From NCBI GenBank assembly GCA_031551135.1, contig JAVBOA010000026.1, forward strand, positions 26,683 to 90,682: DNA of 64,000 bases. Direction: 5' to 3'. The notes beneath the pieces were generated by a model that ran no database searches, was not told where the DNA came from, and was given only the letters and a program-made list of their open reading frames with translations. The stretch is from Eubacteriales bacterium. Lineage in GTDB: Bacteria > Bacillota > Clostridia > Lachnospirales > JAITVM01. The position numbers and the translations under genes are program-made. Positions 54,379-64,000 of this stretch are shown here, one piece after another (positions within the stretch are counted from its first letter, which is position 1; every line of letters starts with the position of its first letter).

Positions 54379-55638
54379 ATGGTAAAAACAGTTTCTTTAT
54401 CAAATAATATTACCATTGTGTATGAAGAAATGCCGTCAATAATGTCAATTGCCTGCGGAGTTTTTGTGAAAAATGGCTCCAGAATGGAAAACGCTCAGAA
54501 TAATGGGATTTCGCATTTTATTGAGCATATGCTTTTTAAAGGAACAAAAAACCGGACAGCAAGGCAGATTGCCGACGAAGTGGACGCTATCGGCGGGCAG
54601 ATGAACGCATTTACTTCTAAAGAATATACAGGATATTATATTCGAACTTTGTTTAATCATATGGATAAGTCTTTAGAAATATTGTCTGATATGTTTTTAA
54701 ATTCGAATTTCGATAATGAAGAAATAAAAAAAGAATGTGGTGTGATTTTAGAAGAAATAGATATGTATGAGGACAGCCCGGAGGATTTGATTCACGACCT
54801 TTTGCAGAATAAAATTTTTGATGATTCGCTTGGATATTCGGTCATTGGGCGCAAAGATTCAATAAGCACATTTAATCACGATACATTTGTCGATTTTTTC
54901 GAAAAAAATTATCACCAAGACAATATATATATTTCGATAGTTGGAAAATTTGAAGAATCGGTTTTATTGGATGTATTAGAAAAATATTTTGGTTCATTGA
55001 ATCGAAATGACGCATATAAAGAATTTCAATTTTCTTCAAAATATCATAAATCCTTTGTTACAAAAGTGAAGGATATCGAGCAAGTTCATTTTATGCTTGC
55101 TTTTCCGGGTTTTCCGCTGGATTCGGAATTTAATTATGATATAGCTGCACTAAACTCGATTTTCGGCGGCTCGATGAGTTCCAGACTTTTTCAAACAATC
55201 AGAGAGGAAAATGGCCTGTCTTACGCAGTTTATTCTTATATGTCCTCTTATATCGATACAGGCGCTTTTTGTTTGTATGCCGGACTTAACCCAAACCAAA
55301 CTAATCTTTGCTATGAATTGATGATCAAAGAAGTTAAGCGTTTATTTACCGATAAAATTACTATCGAGCAATTAGACCGGACTAAGGAGCAATTGAAGTC
55401 GAATTACTTTTTGGGCATGGAATCCTCAATGACGCGTATGCTGAGTATCGGAAAAACGAAAACTGTTTTAAATAAAGTGCAATCGCAGGAAGAAATTCTT
55501 AAAAAAATTGATAGAATCTCTTTGGATAGAATTTATGAAGTGGCTGAGCGGATTTTTGATTTAAATAATATGAGCCTTGCGGCTGTTGGTAAAATAACCG
55601 ATATAGATTTTGAAGGAATGTATAATAATGCAAAATGA
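54379..55638 (+). CDS. M16 family (insulinase-like) zinc peptidase
   Basis: HxxEH motif [10 protein letters not shown]; 419 aa. Confidence 0.85.
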   Translation: MVKTVSLSNNITIVYEEMPSIMSIACGVFVKNGSRMENAQNNGISHFIEHMLFKGTKNRTARQIADEVDAIGGQMNAFTSKEYTGYYIRTLFNHMDKSLEILSDMFLNSNFDNEEIKKECGVILEEIDMYEDSPEDLIHDLLQNKIFDDSLGYSVIGRKDSISTFNHDTFVDFFEKNYHQDNIYISIVGKFEESVLLDVLEKYFGSLNRNDAYKEFQFSSKYHKSFVTKVKDIEQVHFMLAFPGFPLDSEFNYDIAALNSIFGGSMSSRLFQTIREENGLSYAVYSYMSSYIDTGAFCLYAGLNPNQTNLCYELMIKEVKRLFTDKITIEQLDRTKEQLKSNYFLGMESSMTRMLSIGKTKTVLNKVQSQEEILKKIDRISLDRIYEVAERIFDLNNMSLAAVGKITDIDFEGMYNNAK

Positions 55639-56074
55639 GTTTTTTATTTGTAAAACTGATGATGCGAAGGATTTGCCGGTTCCTTGCCGGCAGACAAGCG
55701 GATCTTCGGGCTATGATTTATATGCAAATGTCGATTCGCTTGTACTGAAACACGGTGATATCGCGCTTGTTCCGACCGGAATCAGAATACAAATTCCAAT
55801 GGGTTTTGAAGCCCAAATTAGACCGAGAAGCGGACTTGCATTAAAATATGGAGTCACGCTTCTAAATTCGCCCGGTACTGTGGATTCAGATTACCGCGGA
55901 GAAATAAAAGTTATCATGATTAACCACGGCAAAGAGGATTTTATTATAAAACGCGGAGACCGGATTGCGCAAATGGTCATCAGCCGGTTTTGCGATGTTC
56001 AGTTCGTGCATGTGGATGAATTGCTAGACTCAGCACGAGGCGAGGGAGGTTTTGGACATACAGGATTTAATTAG
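55628..56074 (+). CDS. dut: dUTP diphosphatase
   Basis: [25 protein letters not shown] and GFGHTG motifs. Confidence 0.9.
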   Translation: MQNEFFICKTDDAKDLPVPCRQTSGSSGYDLYANVDSLVLKHGDIALVPTGIRIQIPMGFEAQIRPRSGLALKYGVTLLNSPGTVDSDYRGEIKVIMINHGKEDFIIKRGDRIAQMVISRFCDVQFVHVDELLDSARGEGGFGHTGFN

Positions 56075-56513
56075 GAAAAATATTTTGACTAATATTGACA
56101 ATTACTCCTCAAAACTCTCCATCTCTAAAGTAATCAAATTTTTTGAGCGGCATGAGATTTTTTTCACCAAAACGATGATTCAAAATTATGTTCGTGTTGG
56201 TCTGATTCCAATGCCGGCGGATAAACGTTATTATCAAAAAAAACATTTAGTGATTCTTTTGCTTGTCTACGACTTGAAAAATATATTTTCACTCGACGAA
56301 TTGAAATCTATGTTTGAAATATTTTACAGTGATGACGATTTTGATTATTTATATTTTGTTGATTGTTTTAATGAGTCCTTTAATGATGCCGTTAATAATG
56401 AAATGAATGTATTGAAGCCGCTAGAGAATACTAAAAGTTCGAAACTCGAGGCGCTTTTAAAACTTTCTGCCAGAGCCAGCGCATTGAAATATATTGTTCA
56501 GGAAAAATTATGA
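56052..56513 (+). CDS. DUF1836-like protein
   Basis: [28 protein letters not shown] resembles the DUF1836 core. TTG start after GAGGGAGG, overlapping the dut end. Confidence 0.55.
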   Translation: MDIQDLIRKNILTNIDNYSSKLSISKVIKFFERHEIFFTKTMIQNYVRVGLIPMPADKRYYQKKHLVILLLVYDLKNIFSLDELKSMFEIFYSDDDFDYLYFVDCFNESFNDAVNNEMNVLKPLENTKSSKLEALLKLSARASALKYIVQEKL

Positions 56514-56620
56514 TTTCCTTTATTGTACTTCATTTTTGTACATATTATATCTTCTATTAGAAATAATATATATAGCATTAATTAATTACGAATTTGAGAA
56601 CACAAAAATTCAGATTCGTT

Positions 56621-56673
56621 ACTACAGCAATTCCATGTTTGAGTTGCGAATAGCAAGTCAAACACGGAATTGC
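56621..56673. repeat. second palindromic element family (copy 2)
   Basis: 16-bp arms GCAATTCCATGTTTGA / TCAAACACGGAATTGC surround GTTGCGAATAGCAAG. Shares more than 25 nt with 21857-21885. Confidence 0.65.
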
Positions 56674-56697
56674 ATAACATAATTTAGGAGGTATTTT

Positions 56698-56931
56698 ATG
56701 AAATCCAGAGGTTTTGATTATACTGCACTTACCCTTGTTATTATCGGTGCTATCAATTGGGGACTTATAGGATTTTTTAGATTCGATTTGGTTGCGACTC
56801 TATTTGGTGAAGCTACTATGCTTAGCAGAACTATTTATGCGCTTGTTGGCTTGGCCGGATTATATGTCATCAGTCTTTATTCCAAAATTGACAATGTTGA
56901 TGTAGAATACGAAAGGCCTTATAAAGAATAA
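56698..56931 (+). CDS. DUF378 family membrane protein
   Basis: 77 aa with two TM helices and the GAINWGLIGFF motif. Confidence 0.8.
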   Translation: MKSRGFDYTALTLVIIGAINWGLIGFFRFDLVATLFGEATMLSRTIYALVGLAGLYVISLYSKIDNVDVEYERPYKE

Positions 56932-56939
56932 TAAATTTT

Positions 56940-56966
56940 AAAACTCGGCTATGCCGAGTTTTTTTG
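56940..56966 (+). terminator. intrinsic terminator
   Basis: ACTCGGC TAT GCCGAGT followed by T7. Confidence 0.85.
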
Positions 56967-56981
56967 TGTATGATTAGAAAA

Positions 56982-57596
56982 TCATTGTTTCAACAAATAT
57001 TCAAATAAATCTTTTGTTTCTTCAATGCGTTTGCACGAAAGCGGAACAAATAAGATTTTATCTGTGTAATCAAAATTTATTCTATCCAAAACGGGAGATT
57101 TTTCGAGCTTTATTGCGATAATTTTCCCGTTTTCTTTTATTACCGAGCCGTATTTTTCGATTTCGGGAAAAAGCTCTTTCAAATCCCAAAAAACATCTCC
57201 TTGCGTTTTAAAAACCTCAAAATCAGAATTTTCGGACAATATTAAATCTAAATCGCCTGCGAGCAATAAAGCGTTAAATTTTACAGCGTTTGCTGTATTA
57301 ACATCAGGACTTTCGGAATTATAAAAATTATTGATTACGGATTCAAAATTAATATCTTTCGGAACGAAATTTTCATCTAAATCATTTTTCAGAAAATTAA
57401 GTTTTTCGTCGTCAACGGCTTCGCCTATAAAAGTTATGGAAATATAAGTTTTCGCCGGTGGGTTTATAAAAAAATGATTTATCATGCTGAATAATGAATA
57501 AATGCAAATCAAAATTATGATAATATGTATTTTATAATATTCCCATATATAATCAACTTTTTGTTTAAAGCTCATGCCTTCTAAATTTTTTAGCAT
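56982..57596 (-). CDS. membrane-anchored hypothetical protein
   Basis: ATG (complement of 57594-57596) follows GGAGGAT. One TM helix; no family recognised. Confidence 0.5.
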   Translation of the reverse strand: MLKNLEGMSFKQKVDYIWEYYKIHIIIILICIYSLFSMINHFFINPPAKTYISITFIGEAVDDEKLNFLKNDLDENFVPKDINFESVINNFYNSESPDVNTANAVKFNALLLAGDLDLILSENSDFEVFKTQGDVFWDLKELFPEIEKYGSVIKENGKIIAIKLEKSPVLDRINFDYTDKILFVPLSCKRIEETKDLFEYLLKQ

Positions 57597-57730
57597 TTTA
57601 TCCTCCGAGTAATTTAATGGAATTAAGAAAAATCGATGCATTTTAAGAAATGCTATACAACAGAAAATAACTATAATATAATTATCTTGATTATAGCGCA
57701 TCAATTAACGACTTACAAGTGGGGGAAAAT

Positions 57731-58552
57731 ATGCAAATTGAAGTAAAAGATTTTGATATTGAAGAAACTCTGGAATGCGGACAATGCTTTAGATTTGAAA
57801 AAATCAGCAATAAAAAATATTTAGTAATTGCTCACAAAAAAGAGCTTATTGTTGAACAAAATGAAAAAAAATTGATTTTTCATGATTTGGACGAAGCGGA
57901 GTATTTTCGAATTTGGGAAAATTATTTTGATTTAAAAAGGGATTACGGCGAAATAAAAAAGATTTTGGGCAAAAAAGATAAAATTTTAAAAGAAGCGATT
58001 GAATTTGCGGGCGGAATCCGCTTGATTTCGCAAGACCCTTTTGAAACTTTGATTTCTTTCATAATTTCGCAAAACAACCGAATCCCGATGATTAAGAAAG
58101 TAATCAGAAATATTTCCGAAAAATACGGCGATAAAATCGAAAATGAATACGCTTTTCCTAGTGTAGCGCAACTAAAAAAAGCTGACGTTGAATCGCTTAT
58201 GGAATGTAAAACTGGGTTTCGTGCAAAATATATTTTGGACGCAGTAAACCGTGATATTGATTTTGCAGATATAAAAAATCTTCCGACAGCAGAATTGCGT
58301 AAATATTTGATGGAAATAAACGGAGTCGGACCGAAAGTTTCCGATTGTGTGATGCTCTTTTCTTTTAATAAATATGATGTTTTTCCGGTAGATGTTTGGG
58401 TAAAACGGGTAATGCAATATTTTTATTTCGAGAATAAAGAAACCTCGATCAAAAATATTGAGGAGTTCGCATACGAAAAATTTGGGGATCTAGCAGGATT
58501 TGCACAACAATACTTATTTCATATGGCTAGAATCAAAAAAATTGGAGCGTGA
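57731..58552 (+). CDS. HhH-GPD DNA glycosylase (8-oxoguanine glycosylase / 3-methyladenine glycosylase II-like)
   Basis: CGQCFRF N-terminal motif and the HhH-GPD loop INGVGPKVSDCV...D. Confidence 0.8.
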   Translation: MQIEVKDFDIEETLECGQCFRFEKISNKKYLVIAHKKELIVEQNEKKLIFHDLDEAEYFRIWENYFDLKRDYGEIKKILGKKDKILKEAIEFAGGIRLISQDPFETLISFIISQNNRIPMIKKVIRNISEKYGDKIENEYAFPSVAQLKKADVESLMECKTGFRAKYILDAVNRDIDFADIKNLPTAELRKYLMEINGVGPKVSDCVMLFSFNKYDVFPVDVWVKRVMQYFYFENKETSIKNIEEFAYEKFGDLAGFAQQYLFHMARIKKIGA

Positions 58553-58555
58553 GAA

Positions 58556-59254
58556 ATGTTAGGTACTTTTGCAAACTGCATAGCGATAATAATCGGAAGC
58601 ATTGTCGGAGTAATAATCAAAGGCAATATCAAGGAAAGATATAAAACTATTGTGATGCAGGTAATCGGGCTTTCGGTATTTTTTTTGGGAGCAAATGAGA
58701 TTTTAAAACGAATGTCAAACGCAAATCCGATTTTGTTTATTATTTCGCTTGTTATAGGCTCTCTGATTGGTGAATTTCTGGATCTCGACGCTAAAATAGA
58801 AAGCCTCGGAAAAATATTGGAGCGAAAATTCTCGAAGGGCAACGAAAGTACTTTCACGAAAGGTTTTGTAAATGCCTCTATCGTTTTTTGCGTTGGCACG
58901 ATGTCGATTTTAGGCTCTATTCAAAGCGGTACAGAAAATATACATACAATTTTATTCACAAAATCTATTTTGGACGGAATTACCTCGATAATTTTCGGAT
59001 CGACATTTGGAATCGGCGTGTTGTTTTCGGCTTTTCCCGTGCTTATTTATCAAGGATTTTTGACAATTTTGGCTTCTTTTATTTCGCCACTTTTATCGGA
59101 AGGATTATTAAACGAAATAAGTATTGTTGGCGGAATTCTGATTGTTGGAATCTCGCTAAATATGCTCGAAATTTTAAAAATAAAAGTCAGCAATATGCTT
59201 CCGGCGATTTTTATTCCGCCGATATATTTTTTAGTTCTTGCTCTTATTAATTAA
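58556..59254 (+). CDS. DUF554 family membrane protein
   Basis: 232 aa, polytopic, with an MLGTFANCIAIIIGSIVG N-terminus typical of DUF554/YdfK. Confidence 0.75.
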   Translation: MLGTFANCIAIIIGSIVGVIIKGNIKERYKTIVMQVIGLSVFFLGANEILKRMSNANPILFIISLVIGSLIGEFLDLDAKIESLGKILERKFSKGNESTFTKGFVNASIVFCVGTMSILGSIQSGTENIHTILFTKSILDGITSIIFGSTFGIGVLFSAFPVLIYQGFLTILASFISPLLSEGLLNEISIVGGILIVGISLNMLEILKIKVSNMLPAIFIPPIYFLVLALIN

Positions 59255-59436
59255 AATTTGAAAAAAATGAAAATACAATTAAATGAATATCTTTTGAAAA
59301 CTCGTAAAAAATAAAGATAATCAATGTATTTTAGAGCAAAGAGCAATGTAATCGAATTATTCAAATTAATTACATTAATATGACAATTATTTGGGCTTGC
59401 ATTTAGAATTTTTATAAATTAATATATTTGATGTAT

Positions 59437-59463
59437 TTAGCACTCTGTTTTGGTGAGTGCTAA
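59437..59463. promoter_or_regulatory. CIRCE operator (HrcA binding site)
   Basis: Perfect TTAGCACTC-N9-GAGTGCTAA, 86 nt upstream of groES. Confidence 0.95.
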
Positions 59464-59500
59464 TAATCCGATAGGAAATAATATTCTTTTCTGTGCTTGA

Positions 59501-61479
<1,979 letters not shown>

Positions 61480-61490
61480 TTAATAAATTT

Positions 61491-61520
61491 AAAGACGGTA
61501 TATTTCTGCCGTCTTTTTTT
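61491..61520 (+). terminator. groEL terminator
   Basis: AAAGACGG ... CCGTCTTT followed by a T-run. Confidence 0.8.
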
Positions 61521-61590
61521 GAATTTTTTTGAAAATAAAAATTCGCTGTGTTATAATACTTAATGATAAAATTACGTATATTTAAAAAAT

Positions 61591-61605
61591 ATAGTAATAC
61601 TATTT
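61591..61605. repeat. back-to-back TIR termini without element body
   Basis: ATAGTA A TACTATTT resembles the tail-to-head junction seen at 6154-6170. Confidence 0.4.
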
Positions 61606-61630
61606 ATAAATTTTAAGCAGGTGAAAAATT

Positions 61631-62302
61631 ATGGCTGAGTTAGGAATTATTTTAGCACTACTTATTTCTTTGTATGCTCAATATAAGGTTAGCTCAAATT
61701 TCAACAAATTTAGTAAAGTGAAATCCGAAAAAGGTTATACCGGCGCAGAAGTTGCAAGAATATTATTAGAAAAAAACGGAATCAGCAACGTTACGGTTAC
61801 AAAAGTTGCAGGCTCTCTGACAGACCATTTTGACCCGAGGAGCAATATTATAAGATTATCAGAGCCGGTTTATGACAGTACATCAATTGCGGCTATCGCT
61901 GTGGCGGCGCACGAAACGGGACACGCAATCCAGCACGATACGGGATATATTCCGCTGAACATCAGAAGCGGCATTTTTCCGGTAGCATCATTCGGTTCAA
62001 AATTGGGTATTTATTTAGTTATGATTGGCTTAGTAATCGGAAGCTTGGGAAATGTTTTTGTAAGCATTGGTATTTTGCTTTTTGCATTTTATGTAGCATT
62101 CAGTTTAATTACATTGCCGGTAGAGTTTAATGCCTCGAGCCGCGCGCTAAATATCCTGGAAGAGAATTACATTATATCGAATTCCGAAGTTTCTTCTGCA
62201 AAAAAAGTTTTATCAGCCGCCGCTTTGACATATGTGGCAGCAGCGCTGTCAGCAGTTTTTACATTATTGAGATATTTAAGCATGGCTTCCAGAAGACGCT
62301 AA
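61631..62302 (+). CDS. membrane zinc metallopeptidase (Zn_peptidase_2-like)
   Basis: HExxH in AAHETGHAIQH, flanked by TM helices; 223 aa. Confidence 0.8.
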   Translation: MAELGIILALLISLYAQYKVSSNFNKFSKVKSEKGYTGAEVARILLEKNGISNVTVTKVAGSLTDHFDPRSNIIRLSEPVYDSTSIAAIAVAAHETGHAIQHDTGYIPLNIRSGIFPVASFGSKLGIYLVMIGLVIGSLGNVFVSIGILLFAFYVAFSLITLPVEFNASSRALNILEENYIISNSEVSSAKKVLSAAALTYVAAALSAVFTLLRYLSMASRRR

Positions 62303-62421
62303 TAAAATTATTACAAAGGCTTCAATGATTTTTGGAGTCTTTTGTTTATGTATTATTGTTTTAAAGAAATAAAATTTTTCAGACAAATTCATTATTGTAA
62401 TCGTATTTTTATTATAGGTTA

Positions 62422-62533
62422 TACTATTTTCATTTTGATAAGTAGAAAAAAATTTTTCACAGCGGAGCGTTTCGCGCAATGTTTCTAGCGCGAAATGAAA
62501 TATTTTTTTCTACCCTTTATATTGAAAATAGTA
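62422..62533 (+). repeat. TIR-hairpin element, full length (112 bp), orientation A
   Basis: Same central hairpin and loop as the 6048 copy. Confidence 0.95.
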
Positions 62534-62558
62534 TTAATTACTTGTAGAGGTGAAAAAA

Positions 62559-63119
62559 ATGGACGATTTTAGAAATATGTTTGGGAAGATTACACAGAAT
62601 ATTACAAAAACATCCACAGGTGTTTTAAAATCAGTAAAGCTCTCTGTTAATTTAGCCAATGAAGAAGATAAATTAAAATCGATTTATTATGAAATTGGCA
62701 GAAAAGTACATGAAATATATGCTTACGGCGGCACTTTGGGTACTTTCTTTGATGAAAAATATCTGGAAATCACTGAATCCGAAAAACGTATAAAAGAACT
62801 TAAAGAGCAGATTGAAAATTCTAAAGGGACAAAACTTTGTCCGAATTGCAGCCGCTCAATCTCCGATTCGGCGGTTTTTTGTCCGAAATGCGGGCATAAA
62901 TTGACTTTCGAGGAAAGCAAAACAGAAACGCCGGCGGCGGAAATCAAACCGGAGATAAAGCCTGAAAACAAACAAGAAATTAAAATCGAGCCTACTCCTG
63001 TTGATATTGAAGAAAAGCCTGAAAATTTAGCAAATTCTGATATAAAAACCTGCTCTGCCTGCGGTCATCTCAATTCATCGTCAGATAGATTTTGTCTGGC
63101 TTGCGGCAGAAATTTGTAA
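62559..63119 (+). CDS. double zinc-ribbon protein with N-terminal coiled region
   Basis: CPNC...CPKCG and CSACG...CLACG ribbons. The N-terminus is paralogous to the next gene. Confidence 0.6.
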   Translation: MDDFRNMFGKITQNITKTSTGVLKSVKLSVNLANEEDKLKSIYYEIGRKVHEIYAYGGTLGTFFDEKYLEITESEKRIKELKEQIENSKGTKLCPNCSRSISDSAVFCPKCGHKLTFEESKTETPAAEIKPEIKPENKQEIKIEPTPVDIEEKPENLANSDIKTCSACGHLNSSSDRFCLACGRNL

Positions 63120-63191
63120 TAAAAGAAGTATTTTTTTGAAATAATCGCAGTCGATACGAAAACCGAATATTTCAAGCGGATTCTGAATGCA

Positions 63192-63671
63192 ATGTTGGGA
63201 GTGATTGATATTGCTAAAAATAAATTCCAAAGTTTTTTAGGTGACTTTGGAGATATGGCAAAGACAAAATATAACACCGCTATGCTTGAACATAAATTGA
63301 AATCTAATATTAATGAACTGAATTTAATTTATAAATCAATCGGAATTTTAGTATATGAAAAAAAATTATCTGACGATAAAGATGCATTGAAATTATTCGC
63401 TTCGATCGAACATTACAAAAATATTATTACTCAAATAGAAAAATCTCTTTTGGAATTAAAAAAATCAGACGGCAGAACGGAAATTCCAGAAAAGCGGCAG
63501 ACTGAAAAAATTGAGAAAGCCGATTATGCCAAACCGGTTTATGATGAACACGATTTGATTTTAACAAGAACAAACGACGGAATAAAGCTTGTTAGATTTT
63601 GTCCGAAATGCGACCACGCGAATGATTCGGATAAATCATTCTGCGAAAACTGTGGCGAAAAAATTCATTGA
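63192..63671 (+). CDS. zinc-ribbon protein, paralog of 62559-63119 (start uncertain)
   Basis: Shared N-terminal pattern (KLKS..x..IY..IG..V.E) and a C-terminal CPKCD...CENCG ribbon. Confidence 0.6.
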   Translation: MLGVIDIAKNKFQSFLGDFGDMAKTKYNTAMLEHKLKSNINELNLIYKSIGILVYEKKLSDDKDALKLFASIEHYKNIITQIEKSLLELKKSDGRTEIPEKRQTEKIEKADYAKPVYDEHDLILTRTNDGIKLVRFCPKCDHANDSDKSFCENCGEKIH

Positions 63672-63805
63672 TAATACGGTTAAAAATAATGCTGTAAATA
63701 CATAGTTTTTAATTTTTGTGTATACCGGCGGCGCAAAGTTTAAATATAAAATATAAAAATATATTGCAATATTATTTTTTTAGATTTACAATTAAATAGT
63801 TCGCT

Positions 63806-63832
63806 AAAACCCAAATGTTATTTGGGTTTTTT
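63806..63832 (+). terminator. intrinsic terminator
   Basis: AAAACCCAAAT GTT ATTTGGGTTTT followed by TT. Confidence 0.8.
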
Positions 63833-63843
63833 GAAAGATAGTT

Positions 63844-63870
63844 TTAGCACTCAAAAGGTTTTATGGCTAA
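63844..63870. promoter_or_regulatory. degenerate CIRCE-like inverted repeat
   Basis: TTAGCACTC-N9-TATGGCTAA. The left half is perfect and the right half matches 6 of 9. It lies 24 nt upstream of the mcsA-like start. Confidence 0.4.
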
Positions 63871-63893
63871 CAAAATGAATAGGAGGTTTTATT

Positions 63894-64000
63894 ATGCTTT
63901 GTGAAAAATGTAAATTAAATGAAGCAACGGTTTTTTTTCAGCAAACAATTAACGGTGAGACAAAAGAGCATTTTTTATGTCCTGTTTGTGCGTCACTTAG
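63894..64000 (+). CDS. McsA-like zinc-finger protein, 5' partial (runs off the window)
   Basis: MLCEKCKLNEATVFFQQTINGETKEHFLCPVCA parallels the B. subtilis McsA N-terminus (CxxC...CxxC). RBS AGGAGG. Confidence 0.5.
   Translation, partial: MLCEKCKLNEATVFFQQTINGETKEHFLCPVCASL

Noticed and set aside
56494-56682. 62-aa ORF downstream of the DUF1836 gene.
   Set aside because: It reads through the palindromic element at 56621-56673 and is extremely AT-rich; no RBS.
58888-59250. 120-aa alternative-frame ORF inside the DUF554 gene.
   Set aside because: It lies in a different frame on the same strand as a well-supported membrane protein. Its translation is Arg/Tyr/Phe-rich and not protein-like.

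Overview
This is an AT-rich chromosomal segment that looks like Firmicutes/Clostridia: it has a CIRCE operator, FloA/NfeD, an ECF sigma pair, a ZTP riboswitch and low-GC promoters. All calls come from reading the sequence and ORF track and from remembered family motifs; no database search was run. I call about 67 protein genes and one tRNA-Asp. Most are housekeeping genes: hisS-aspS, rplS-lepB-rbgA, trpS, lexA, purH, rnz, tsaD, rpsO-pnp, dut and groES-groEL. Accessory content: (1) a hybrid sensor kinase plus an orphan receiver protein. (2) A complete biotin-dependent, Na+-pump-type (Malonomonas-like) malonate decarboxylase operon at 10.7-19.8 kb. It carries an embedded HutP-family RNA-binding protein, a leader with periodic (G/U)AG repeats and a terminator, and a fused mdcG-mdcB gene. 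(3) cobU-cobS-cobC. (4) A small XRE/Mor-like module. (5) An ECF sigma / anti-sigma / bactofilin-like membrane protein cluster. The most striking signal not explained by genes is a very dense family of palindromic intergenic elements. They have 13-nt terminal inverted repeats (TACTATTTTCATT ... AATGAAAATAGTA) and occur as 111-112-bp full copies (7 copies, both orientations), 92-bp variants, 40-54-bp short forms, 29-33-bp minimal hairpins and solo ends. I count at least 20 traces in 64 kb. All are intergenic, several abut stop codons, and compensatory substitutions preserve a central GC hairpin. No transposase, CRISPR array or rRNA is visible in the window.
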